DNA of 64,000 nucleotides. Origin: Rhizomicrobium sp. Its GTDB lineage: Bacteria > Pseudomonadota > Alphaproteobacteria > Micropepsales > Micropepsaceae. Below are positions 39,878 to 48,569 of this stretch, piece after piece. The number at the start of each line of letters is the position of its first letter. The first letter of the stretch is position 1. The stretch spans positions 96 to 64,095 of the forward strand of contig DASXEA010000017.1 in NCBI GenBank assembly GCA_036490345.1. Direction: 5' to 3'. A program made the position numbers and the translations under genes. The notes below the pieces were generated by a model, which made no database searches, was not told the origin of the DNA, and worked only from the letters and a program-made list of their open reading frames with translations.

Positions 39878-40228
39878 CTACCGTCCCTTGCCGCCGACCG
39901 CTTCACGCCGGGATTCGAAGTCGACATTTTCCGGCAGAAGAGCTTCGCGCTCGCCTGTGCTTTTCTGCTCCAGGAATCGCTGCAACACGGCGATCTGTGC
40001 CGGCAGGGGTTCGCCGGTCACTTCCGGCTGTGTCTCGATTCGGGCCACCAGAGGATGCGGCCAAGACCGGGACTGCCGCACCGGCAGCAGCTCCGTCCAG
40101 CGCGCCCGGCGCTCGGCTATGCGGGCCTGCTGTTCCTGTTCGCGCCACATCCAGACGAACTCAATATACAATTTGTCGCCAAGCATCTCGTGCATGTCGG
40201 ACAAGGTAGGCAAAAATGTCAGCTTCAT
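39878..40228 (-). CDS. Hypothetical protein
   Basis: Clean ATG-started ORF with protein-like composition filling an intergenic gap; no family recognised. Confidence 0.5.
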   Translation of the reverse strand: MKLTFLPTLSDMHEMLGDKLYIEFVWMWREQEQQARIAERRARWTELLPVRQSRSWPHPLVARIETQPEVTGEPLPAQIAVLQRFLEQKSTGEREALLPENVDFESRREAVGGKGR

Positions 40229-40557
40229 GACCCCGCTCCGTCGGCGGATCCTCTCCGCAGTGTCCCGCCTTGCAATGGGCCTGCCAAAGAGCCGCGCGTG
40301 TCGTACTTCCGCTTAACGCATGGACGCGCATTGAGTCGCACTGGCGTTATTTCGTCATGAACAGTGTGTTGCGGCAATACGACACCCGATTTCACTCTCA
40401 GAAAAATTGTTACGGATCGCAGCCGTTCAAGGCGGCGTTTGCCTCATGGCAGCCACGCACCAGGCGGGGAACGGCGCGTTTTGTGAAATATCGCCTGCCT
40501 GCTGCGCCACTCCGCCGCATGCGCTACGGATCGGCCAGGCGGGGGATCGACGTTTGC

Positions 40558-41181
40558 CTAGGCGTTTCGCGGCACGTTGTACTCGGCCGGAAACGTCGCC
40601 CGGAACGCAGGCCGCGCCTCGCAGCGCGCGGACAGGGCATCGAGCGCCGGATAGCGGCCTGGCGGCATCATTTCGCCATCGACCAGCTTGACGTAACCGA
40701 CCATGCAGGCCGTCGTGATCTGCACCTGACCGAGCGGGGCATCGTCGGACCACTTCTCATTCTCAAGTGCCGCAATGCCGCCGACACCCTGTTCGCGGCA
40801 GCGTGCGATCCATTCCGGCCAGCGACAGGCCGACGGACGGATCAGACGTTCATAGGTGGCCGCGCCGATCTTCTCGATCGCGCCGCAGGCGAGCGACACA
40901 AGCCGCAACGCGTCGCGGCGCGCCACGCCATGTGCCGGCAACAGCGCGCGCCCAGGGCCCGCGGTTTCGTCGAGCCAGTCGAGGATCGCGCCGGATTCGA
41001 TCAGCACCGTTCCATCGTCCAGCGCCAGCGCCGGGATGCGGCCCAGCGGATTGAGGGATTTGATTCCGGCGAAATCGCCGAACACCGAACGCGTGTCATG
41101 CCCATAGGCATAGCCAAGTTCGCGCAACGCAATCGCGACGCGGCGCACGAAAGGCGAATCATACTGCCCAATCAGGATCAT
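40558..41181 (-). CDS. Glutathione S-transferase family protein
   Basis: MILIGQYDSPFVRRV, NPLGRIPAL, LIESGAILDWL. Confidence 0.9.
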   Translation of the reverse strand: MILIGQYDSPFVRRVAIALRELGYAYGHDTRSVFGDFAGIKSLNPLGRIPALALDDGTVLIESGAILDWLDETAGPGRALLPAHGVARRDALRLVSLACGAIEKIGAATYERLIRPSACRWPEWIARCREQGVGGIAALENEKWSDDAPLGQVQITTACMVGYVKLVDGEMMPPGRYPALDALSARCEARPAFRATFPAEYNVPRNA

Positions 41182-41269
41182 CGATTGCGTCTCCGTCGCG
41201 CCTGCTGCCAAATCCGAGCATACACAATCGGTCGCGGGATAAAGAGGCATCCTGCTAAAGTGTGCGGCC

Positions 41270-42436
41270 ATGACAAGATTCGACACCATCGTGCTGGGTC
41301 TCGGCGCACTCGGCAGTGCCACGCTGCAGGAGCTGTCGCGGCGCGGTCAGCGCGTGCTCGGGATCGACCGTTTCGACCCGCCCCATCGCATGGGGTCGTC
41401 GCATGGCGGCACGCGGATTACGCGGGTGGCGATCGGCGAAGGCGAGCATCTGGCGCCGCTGGCGGCGCGCTCGCACATCCTCTGGCGCGAGATCGAGGCC
41501 GCGACCGGCACGGAGTTGATGACCCTGAACGGGCTGCTGGTCATCTCGAGCCCGGCCAAAACCTCGTTCACCCATGTCGAAGATTTCTTTGCCAACACGC
41601 TGGCCGCGGCGGAACGATTTGGCGTGCCCCATGAATTGCTCGACACGGGTGCGCTCCGCGCGCGCTTTCCGCAATTCCGGGTGAGCGATGCGGAAGTGGG
41701 ATACTTCGAACCCGCCGCCGGCTTCCTCCGCCCGGAGGCCTGCGTCGCGGCGCAGCTTTCGCTCGCGCGCAAACAGGGCGCGATCCTGCGCACGGGCGAG
41801 ACGGCAACGCACTTCGCGTCCTCGCCGCATGAGGTGGAAGTCACGACGGACAAAGGGACCTATGTTGCCGACCGGTTGATCCTCACAGCCGGGCCGTGGC
41901 TTCCCGAGCTTCTTGGGCCGCCCTTTGCGAAACTGTTTCGGATCATCCGGCAGGTGCAATTCTGGTTTGCCCCTGCGGCAGACGCGGCCGCATTCGGGCC
42001 CGCGGATTTTCCAACATTCATCTGGGAGCTGAGCGGACGCAGCCAGGCGATCTATGGCTTTCCCGCGCTCGATTCCGACGGGGTGAAAGTCGCCTCGGAA
42101 CAATATCACACCACGACATCGCCTGCGGCCGTGTCACGCGACGTCGAGGCACAGGAAGCGGTCTCCATGCATCGCGACTATGTCGAAGCATTCCTGCCGG
42201 ATGTCAGCGCCGCGTGCCGGCGGGCGGAAGCCTGTCTCTACACGGTCACGCCGGATTTCGGCTTCGTCGTCGACCGCCATCCCGACAGCGAACGGGTGAT
42301 GGTCGCGTCCTGCTGTTCCGGGCATGGCTTCAAACATTCCGCAGCTCTTGGCGAAGCGCTGGCCGAGCTGGCGACGCAAGGCCGGAGCGACCTGGACCTC
42401 GCACCGTTCGCGCTGGCGCGATTTCACAGAAGCTGA
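41270..42436 (+). CDS. solA: N-methyl-L-tryptophan oxidase / monomeric sarcosine oxidase family
   Basis: VLGLGALGS (FAD), GSSHG.TRI.R, C(L)YT.TPD..F..DRHP, CSGHGFK. Confidence 0.85.
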   Translation: MTRFDTIVLGLGALGSATLQELSRRGQRVLGIDRFDPPHRMGSSHGGTRITRVAIGEGEHLAPLAARSHILWREIEAATGTELMTLNGLLVISSPAKTSFTHVEDFFANTLAAAERFGVPHELLDTGALRARFPQFRVSDAEVGYFEPAAGFLRPEACVAAQLSLARKQGAILRTGETATHFASSPHEVEVTTDKGTYVADRLILTAGPWLPELLGPPFAKLFRIIRQVQFWFAPAADAAAFGPADFPTFIWELSGRSQAIYGFPALDSDGVKVASEQYHTTTSPAAVSRDVEAQEAVSMHRDYVEAFLPDVSAACRRAEACLYTVTPDFGFVVDRHPDSERVMVASCCSGHGFKHSAALGEALAELATQGRSDLDLAPFALARFHRS

Positions 42437-42478
42437 CAAGAGCACTTCGGGCAAACGCATGCGTCTTCTCGCGCGATG

Positions 42479-42585
42479 TTGAACCGCAAAGACGCAGAGG
42501 CGCCAAGGAGGAAAAGGTTTCATTGCTTACTGCGGAATCGCTGTAAACCATGCCCCTTTTGCGTCTTGGCGTCTTGGCGTTTCAA
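42479..42585. repeat. Inverted repeat with 8-bp periodic arms
   Basis: TTGAACCGCAAAGACGCAGAGGCGCCAAG ... TTTTGCGTCTTGGCGTCTTGGCGTTTCAA between convergent genes. Confidence 0.7.
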
Positions 42586-42629
42586 GGAGCGTCGACGCTG
42601 GCTTCGACCCCGAATTTGATTGTCAATTT

Positions 42630-43397
42630 CTACGATGAAGGCTTCTGCGCAAGGTCGGACAAGGTGCGGGCGGCGCCGACGAATTCCGACGGCATCATCA
42701 CGATCGTCATCGTGTTCTGCTCGGCGCCCACTTCGGTCAGCATCTGCATGCGGCGAAGTTCGAGCGAAGCGGGCGTCTTCATGATCTCGTCGGCGGCCTC
42801 GCGCAATTTGCGCGCGGCTTCGAGTTCCGCCTCGGCCTTGATGATGCGGGCGCGCTTTTCGCGCAGCGCCTCGGCCTCCTGGGCCATGGCACGTTGCATC
42901 GAAGCGGGGATTTCGACATTGCGCATTTCGACGTTTTGAATTTCGACACCCCAGGGTTCGGTCACCTGGTCGGCGCGGTCCTTGAGCGCGATGCTGAGCT
43001 TTTCGCGTTCCTTCAGCACGTCGTCCAGCGTATATTGGCCGATGCCATTGCGCAGCGTGGTGAGCGCGACCTGCACGACGGCGGCGCGGAAATTCTGCAC
43101 CTCGATGATCGCACGATCGGGCCGCACGACGCGGTACCAGATCACGGCGTTGACATGGATCGGCACATTGTCTTTCGTCATCGTCTCCTGCTGTTCGACG
43201 CTGTCGGTCAGGACGCGCATGTCGACCCTGATGGCGTTCTCGATGCCGAGCGGGATGATCCAGTAAAGGCCCGGCCCGCGCATGCCGGTGTAGCGGCCGA
43301 AGCGGAACACCACGCCGCGTTCATATTGCGCGGCGATACGAAAGCCCGAAACCAGCAGGACAAAAGCCAGCACGGCAGCAACGATGATCCATTCCAT
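42630..43397 (-). CDS. SPFH/stomatin (slipin) family membrane protein
   Basis: YERGVVFRFGRY..MRGPGL, VDMRV, TKDNV, TTLR..IGQ..LD..L..RE, QAEA.RE.RARII.AE.E. Confidence 0.93.
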   Translation of the reverse strand: MEWIIVAAVLAFVLLVSGFRIAAQYERGVVFRFGRYTGMRGPGLYWIIPLGIENAIRVDMRVLTDSVEQQETMTKDNVPIHVNAVIWYRVVRPDRAIIEVQNFRAAVVQVALTTLRNGIGQYTLDDVLKEREKLSIALKDRADQVTEPWGVEIQNVEMRNVEIPASMQRAMAQEAEALREKRARIIKAEAELEAARKLREAADEIMKTPASLELRRMQMLTEVGAEQNTMTIVMMPSEFVGAARTLSDLAQKPSS

Positions 43398-43487
43398 GGC
43401 ACCCTCGGCGAACGAAATCGTCGCAGGGTAGCGTAGGGATGCTAACGCAAGCTTATATTCGGGTGCCGCCATCCCATGGAGAGACCG

Positions 43488-44234
43488 ATGCTCGAACTGC
43501 ATTACTGGCCGACGCCCAATGGCAAGAAGGTCACCATCCTGCTCGAAGAAAGCGGCCTGCCCTACACCATCAAGCCCATGAATATCGGCCGCGGCGACCA
43601 GTTCCAGCCCGACATGCTGAAAATCTCGCCCAACAATCGCATGCCGGCGCTGGTCGACACCGAGCCCAAGGGCGGCGGCGAACCTGTCGCGCTGTTCGAG
43701 TCGGGGGCGATCATGATGTACATCGCGGAAAAGGCCGGACGCTTCTGGCCACACGACATGCGCGGCCGATACGACGTGATCCAGTGGGCCATGTGGCAGA
43801 TGGCCAATCAGGGCCCGAAGATGGGCGAACAGGGTCACTTCCAGCGCGCGGCGCAAAGCGGCAAGTTCGGCGACCAGGCCTATGCCGTACGCCGCTTCAA
43901 CGACGAAGTGCACCGTCTCTATGGCGTGCTCAATCTCGGCCTGCATCGCAAGCAATGGCTCGCCGCCGGCGAATACACGATCGCCGACATGATCTGCTAT
44001 CCTTGGGCCGCGATCTGGAAGGCCCGCGACATCGATCTCGGCGAGTTCCCCAACGTCAAACGCTGGCTGGACGAAATCGGCGAAAGGCCCGCCGTGAAGA
44101 AAGGCATGGCGGTCGGCGCCGATCTCTCCGAGGACCAGTCCCGTCTTTCCGACGAGGAGAAAGGCCGCCGCATGAAGCTCCTCACCAATCAGCGTGCGAC
44201 GCCCATCCCGAAGGAATGGGGCGCGGCGGAGTGA
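43488..44234 (+). CDS. Glutathione S-transferase (YfcG/YghU-like)
   Basis: YWPTPNGKKV, ISPNNRMPA, FESGAI..Y.AEK, W..WQM...GP..G. Confidence 0.92.
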   Translation: MLELHYWPTPNGKKVTILLEESGLPYTIKPMNIGRGDQFQPDMLKISPNNRMPALVDTEPKGGGEPVALFESGAIMMYIAEKAGRFWPHDMRGRYDVIQWAMWQMANQGPKMGEQGHFQRAAQSGKFGDQAYAVRRFNDEVHRLYGVLNLGLHRKQWLAAGEYTIADMICYPWAAIWKARDIDLGEFPNVKRWLDEIGERPAVKKGMAVGADLSEDQSRLSDEEKGRRMKLLTNQRATPIPKEWGAAE

Positions 44235-44238
44235 CCGC

Positions 44239-45999
44239 TCACTCCATCTCCGGGTAAGGCCCCTTGCCGTCTTCGGCAATGAAGCGATCGATGCGGGCGG
44301 TGAGGACGGGGAGCGGCACGGAGCCGAGTTCGAGCACCGCATCGTGAAAGGCGCGGATGTTGAATTTCGGGCCGAGCGCCTTCTCCGCTTTTTCGCGCGC
44401 CTTCAGGATCGCCATCTCGCCCAGATAATAGGAGAGCGCCTGACCGGGCCATGAGATATAGCGATCGACTTCGGTTTCGATTTCGTGCTGCGGCAGGGCG
44501 GTGTTGTCGCTGAGATACTGGATCGCCTGCTCGCGCGACCAGCCCTGTGCGTGCACGCCGGTATCCACCACCAGCCTGCATGCGCGCCAGATCTGATAGC
44601 CCCACATGCCGAATGTGTCATAGGGCGTTTCATACATCCCCATTTCCAGTCCGAGCCGTTCGGAATACAGCGCCCAGCCTTCGCCGTAAGCCGAAATGTA
44701 GGTGTTGCGGCGGAAATCCGGCAGGTCCTTGCGTTCGGCGGCGAGCGGCATCTGAAAGGCATGGCCCGGCGCGGATTCGTGCAGCGTCAGCGCCGTCAGA
44801 TTGTAGAGCGGACGCGACGGCAGATCGTAGGTGTTGAGGAGATAGACGCCCGGCCCGCCGCGGCCAGCAGTGTAATACGGCGCCATGTCGGCCGGCACCG
44901 GTTTGATGGCGAAACGCGCCCGCGGCAGCATGCCGAAATATTGCGACGCCTTGCCGTCGAATTTCTTGGCGATGAACGCAGCATGCATCAGAAGGTCTTC
45001 GGGCGTCTTCACATAGAATTTCGGATTGCTGCGCAGATCGGCGAGAAAGGCCTTGAAGTCGCCCTTGAAGCCGGTCGCGCGCATCGCGGCCACCATCTCG
45101 TCATGGATATGCGCCACTTCGCTGAGGCCGATGGCGTGAATGGCGGCGGGGTCGAGATCGAGCGTGGTGAATTCGCGGATCTTCGAGCGGTAATACGCCT
45201 TGCCGTCCGGCAGCGCTTCGGCGGCCAGCGTCGTGCGCGCACCGGGAATATAGACATCGCGTACGTAATGCAGCACGTCGGCATAGGCCGGACGGATTTT
45301 CTCCGCGATCTCTTTCAGTGCGGCCGCGCGCAGGCTCTGCCATTCCGCATCGGGGACGTAAGCGGGCCTGGTCTTGAAGGGCTCGAAGAAGATGCTGGAC
45401 TCGCCTTCGGCATTGGCGAGCGTGGCAATGGCCGCATCGCGGCCGGCAAGCGTGACTTTCGGCGGCGTGAAGCCGCGCGCGAGGCCCGCTTTCATCTCAC
45501 CGGTTTCTTCGCGCAGGAAGCGCGGCACGTCACCCAGCCAGACGATGTAATTGCGATAATCCTGCAGGCTGCGGAAATTGCGCCGCGGCGTTTCGCCGAT
45601 ATCGCTCCAGAAAGCGCTGTCGGAATTGGCCGGCATTTCGAATTCGCGGAAATGCTGGGCGGCGATCAGCGCTTCGAGCTGCGGCTTGTAGACATCGTAG
45701 TCGACCTGCACGGTGGGCGAGAGTTCGGCGCGCGGAATGGCGTTGACGTCCGCCAGCACGCCTTCCCAGTGATGCTGCCGCGCTTCTTCGGACGCGGCAT
45801 CGGCCTTCGGCAGATGATCGGGCAACGGTTTGGTGTCGTCGGGATCGTCGAGCCCCGGAAACTCGCCGGCGCGCCACGCCCATTCCTTTGTGTAGATGGC
45901 CTTGAACCGCGCATCCGCATTCGTCTGCGCCGCGGACGTACCGGCCTGCATGACTATCGCCATCGCCACAGCGCCCAATCCTCCAAGCAATGCCCTCAT
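44239..45999 (-). CDS. DUF885 domain-containing secreted protein
   Basis: Signal peptide; LHES.PGHAFQ, AYGEGWALYSE, R.CRLVVDTG.H, EVDRYISWPGQALSY..G. Confidence 0.92.
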   Translation of the reverse strand: MRALLGGLGAVAMAIVMQAGTSAAQTNADARFKAIYTKEWAWRAGEFPGLDDPDDTKPLPDHLPKADAASEEARQHHWEGVLADVNAIPRAELSPTVQVDYDVYKPQLEALIAAQHFREFEMPANSDSAFWSDIGETPRRNFRSLQDYRNYIVWLGDVPRFLREETGEMKAGLARGFTPPKVTLAGRDAAIATLANAEGESSIFFEPFKTRPAYVPDAEWQSLRAAALKEIAEKIRPAYADVLHYVRDVYIPGARTTLAAEALPDGKAYYRSKIREFTTLDLDPAAIHAIGLSEVAHIHDEMVAAMRATGFKGDFKAFLADLRSNPKFYVKTPEDLLMHAAFIAKKFDGKASQYFGMLPRARFAIKPVPADMAPYYTAGRGGPGVYLLNTYDLPSRPLYNLTALTLHESAPGHAFQMPLAAERKDLPDFRRNTYISAYGEGWALYSERLGLEMGMYETPYDTFGMWGYQIWRACRLVVDTGVHAQGWSREQAIQYLSDNTALPQHEIETEVDRYISWPGQALSYYLGEMAILKAREKAEKALGPKFNIRAFHDAVLELGSVPLPVLTARIDRFIAEDGKGPYPEME

Positions 46000-46047
46000 G
46001 TCGACACCTTCGCCGGTTGCTTCTGTATTCCTGCAATTTGGGAAAAT

Positions 46048-46086
46048 CTCACCATGGCTGGCCGGGTCAAGCCCGGCCATGGTGAG
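46048..46086. repeat. REP-like hairpin
   Basis: CTCACCATGGCTGGCCGGGTCAAGCCCGGCCATGGTGAG; related copies at 52518 and 63046. Confidence 0.8.
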
Positions 46087-46098
46087 GGGGAGCAATAT

Positions 46099-46497
46099 TC
46101 ACCCCATGCCTGAAACGGATTTGGGCGTGATCTCATACATCACCCGTTCCTCGCCCGGCTGGCGGAAGGGATATTTGTCCTGGCCAAGATATTTCCTGGC
46201 GAGCGAATCGATATGCGCGTCGGCGCCGTCGGTCGTTTCGTGCGTGACGGTGCCGCGCAGCTGCATGTAGCGATAGGCATTGTCGGGATCGAGGATCGAG
46301 AGCGCCACCGAGGCGCCTTCTTTCATGTTCTTCGCCTTCACGCGGCCCTTGGCGGTGTTGACGCGCATCTTGCCGTCTTTCCAGTCGAACCACACCGGCG
46401 TCACCTGCGGCGTGCCGTCCGGCATCAGCGTGGCGAGATGGGCAAAGGCCTTCTTGTGATCGAGCAGGTCGCGATATTTCTCGACATCGACGGTCAT
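46099..46497 (-). CDS. PPOX class F420-dependent oxidoreductase
   Basis: FAHLATLMPDGTPQVTPVWF, GRVKA.N, V.LSI.DPDN.YRY..LRG, D.L..KY.G...YP. Confidence 0.9.
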   Translation of the reverse strand: MTVDVEKYRDLLDHKKAFAHLATLMPDGTPQVTPVWFDWKDGKMRVNTAKGRVKAKNMKEGASVALSILDPDNAYRYMQLRGTVTHETTDGADAHIDSLARKYLGQDKYPFRQPGEERVMYEITPKSVSGMG

Positions 46498-46727
46498 GGA
46501 TCGGTTCCTTGTTGGGGCGCAGCCATTCAACCCGCTCGGCCGGGCCTCGCGCAAGACATGCCCCCGATGAACACGGAGAATATCAGGGAGATTTTTCTGT
46601 TTCGCGCGCGCCGCGCGTCGAAAGCCCTGCAATTTCGCGGTGTTTCTGCGTCACCCTGCACCGGGAACAGGGAATAACAGGGAGTTATCAGGGAGTTTTC
46701 GATTTCGTTCGCGCCCTGTCCCATTTC

Positions 46728-47192
46728 TCATTCGCCATTCTGCACGTCGTGGAACCGTTTGGCCCAGCGGATGGCGATATCTTCATTCTCGGCGCGGAGC
46801 TGATTGACCTCGTCGCGCAATTCGCGGCGTTCGCGGATCCAGGTCTTGCGATCCATCTCCTCCGCCGCCTGCGCTTCGCGCCGCGCGAGCTCGCGAAACA
46901 GCGTCTGCAGCAATCGCGGATCGCCGCCGGCAATTTTGTCGACCACGCCGCGCGCCATGGCCTCGCCGCGGCTGACAGAGCGCCGCCGGCCTTCCACCTT
47001 GATCGTGACCCGTTCGGCCAGCGTGGAGCACAGAAGGTCGGTGACATTGGGCACCCGTGGCGGCCGGCCCCTGGGATTGCCCGATTTGCCCTTCCGGAAC
47101 CGCGTCTTCCTCGGCGGCCGCTTGTGGCCGATTTCCTCGTCCTGTTCTGTTGCCGTTTCTGTTGCCATTTCTGGCGCCGTCCCGTCCATCAT
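46728..47192 (-). CDS. DUF5681 domain-containing protein
   Basis: G..RPP..TRF.KG.SGNP.GRP, ERVTI...G....S..EA. Confidence 0.85.
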   Translation of the reverse strand: MMDGTAPEMATETATEQDEEIGHKRPPRKTRFRKGKSGNPRGRPPRVPNVTDLLCSTLAERVTIKVEGRRRSVSRGEAMARGVVDKIAGGDPRLLQTLFRELARREAQAAEEMDRKTWIRERRELRDEVNQLRAENEDIAIRWAKRFHDVQNGE

Positions 47193-47318
47193 GCCGAAAC
47201 TCCTTGAGGGTCTGGCATGGCAATATAAGACCATTTTGGTCACATTGCAACCCATAACAGGTTAAAACAGCTTGGCATCCGGTCTTCCTTGTGTAGCCTA
47301 ATGTGTGGAGAGACACAC

Positions 47319-47672
47319 ATGGCAACAAATCTCGATCTTGATCCGGCCCTCATTGAAAGCGCTCTGGCGGTCAGCGGCGAGCGGACGAAGAAGGCGGCCG
47401 TCGCCATGGCGCTGGAGGAATTCGTGGCGCGGCGGAAGCAGCGGCGGATCGTGGCGCTTATGGGCACGCTCGAATGGGACGAGAGCGTCGACTTTAAGAA
47501 GGAGCGAAGCCGCGCCGGATCGAAGCGCCGCTCGCGGTGGCGCCGCGCTTCGTGTTGCCTTCCGTCCTCCAAACAACGTCGGCATCCGGGATGTTATTTC
47601 GTGGCTCAATACCCAGCCTGTCGTTTCCCCTGTCAACGCTTCGATGCCCGTCCCGCAACCCGCACCGCCTGA
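47319..47672 (+). pseudogene. Orphan VapB-type antitoxin that has lost its stop and reads into intron DNA
   Basis: MATNLDLDPALIE.A...SG..TKKAAV..ALEEF.ARR.Q...WD...K.ERSR; no PIN toxin follows. Confidence 0.7.
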
Positions 47673-47750
47673 CTCGGGGCCAGTGTGGTTCGCTATTACT
47701 TCACTGCACGGGACTCTCACCCGCCATTCCTTGCCGCTCTCCCGGCGCAC
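47510..47750 (-). mobile_element. 5' fragment of a bacterial group II intron (no reverse transcriptase ORF)
   Basis: Begins GTGCG; continues GTGAGAGTCCCG..GCGAACCACACTGGCCCCGAGTC..GAAGCGTTGACAGGGGA..GGCTGGGTATTGAGCC..GATGCCGAC..GGAAGGCAACAC, a domain-I pattern I recognise from bacterial introns. Confidence 0.75.
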
Positions 47751-47960
47751 TCAGAGTGGGATCTGTCGCAGCAGTTGGATTTGGCGGGTATCGCGTGCGG
47801 CGGCCGGCATGGGGCCGGGCGGAAATGGTGCGGCACGGCGCCTGGCGGCCTCTTCGATCTCCGCCGTCGCCAGCGTCGCCAGCAGATGCACGTGGTTCGT
47901 CATGAGCACACAGGCATGGATACTGAGCCCGCTCTCGCCGGCAGTCTCAGCCTGGTGAGA
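47751..47960 (-). pseudogene. Internally deleted RAYT/Y1 transposase remnant
   Basis: IHACVLMTNHVHLLAT.AT joined directly to EIEEAARRRAAP.PPGP..., i.e. the two ends of the intact copy at 48591-49307. Confidence 0.9.
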
Positions 47961-48012
47961 CGACTTCTGTACCGGGGAGCGACTTGGGAAAATAGATGAA
48001 CTCGAAATCAAT

Positions 48013-48177
48013 TTATCTCTTTTGTATCTGGTCGGTTCTGATCACCGGCGCGTACGAGGCAATGTACATGACAACGCGCTGGCTGTAGATGAACGAACAA
48101 GATTTTCGTTCCGCAGCATCCGCGCCTGTGTGTCCGATGAGCAAGAGAACGACCACAAAAATCGAGACTCTCAACAT
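48013..48177 (-). CDS. 54-aa hypothetical peptide with a signal-like N-terminus
   Basis: Own translation MLRVSIFVVVLLLIGHTGADAAERKSCSFIYSQRVVMYIASYAPVIRTDQIQKR; TGATG overlap with the upstream gene. Confidence 0.5.
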   Translation of the reverse strand: MLRVSIFVVVLLLIGHTGADAAERKSCSFIYSQRVVMYIASYAPVIRTDQIQKR

Positions 48178-48527
48178 CACTGCGTCAGATAAATGCCAAC
48201 GATATGGGCATCCCGCTGAGCGACAAGGATGACGAGATCGCCACCGATTTCACCGGTTCCTGTCTTCGTTGCGACTTGCCAGACTCCGTCTTTAAGCGTC
48301 GCTTCCATGCTCGATTTCCACGCTTCTTCGGTGCCGATATGGCCAACCAATTCAGGATGCATCGATAGCCACACTGCGTGTGCAATCGTGATCGCAGCCT
48401 TCTGATCTCGAACGACTCCGGCGACTGGCGGTTGCCAACTAGCCTGCGGTGCAGGTCCGGCGATACAGCCTGTAGCAGCCAAAAGAGGAAGCAGGGCCAG
48501 TGCTGAGACGAGCATCATCCTTTGCAT
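48177..48527 (-). CDS. Exported NTF2-fold immunity-like protein (YbbC/YhhH-like)
   Basis: Signal/lipoprotein-like N-terminus (ATGC); V.DQKAAI.IA.AVW....ATLKDGVW.V....G.IGG....I....DA.I matches the family pattern as I recall it. Confidence 0.6.
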   Translation of the reverse strand: MQRMMLVSALALLPLLAATGCIAGPAPQASWQPPVAGVVRDQKAAITIAHAVWLSMHPELVGHIGTEEAWKSSMEATLKDGVWQVATKTGTGEIGGDLVILVAQRDAHIVGIYLTQ

Positions 48528-48569
48528 TTTGCGTTCTTCCTCCACCCCACTCTATGGCCCTGGAGAAGA

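Noticed and set aside
42630-44342. 570-aa ORF-track call
   Set aside because: The real SPFH gene starts at 43397; the upstream part is antisense to the GST gene.
45999-46095. N-terminal extension of DUF885 (MLPLTMAGLDPASH...)
   Set aside because: It is the translation of the REP hairpin; the signal peptide begins at 45999.
46660-46700. Short tandem repeats as a possible CRISPR array
   Set aside because: 10-11-bp period with no spacers.
47298-47750. 150-aa ORF containing IANHTGPES...EALTGE
   Set aside because: Spurious frame through group II intron RNA sequence; treated as non-coding.
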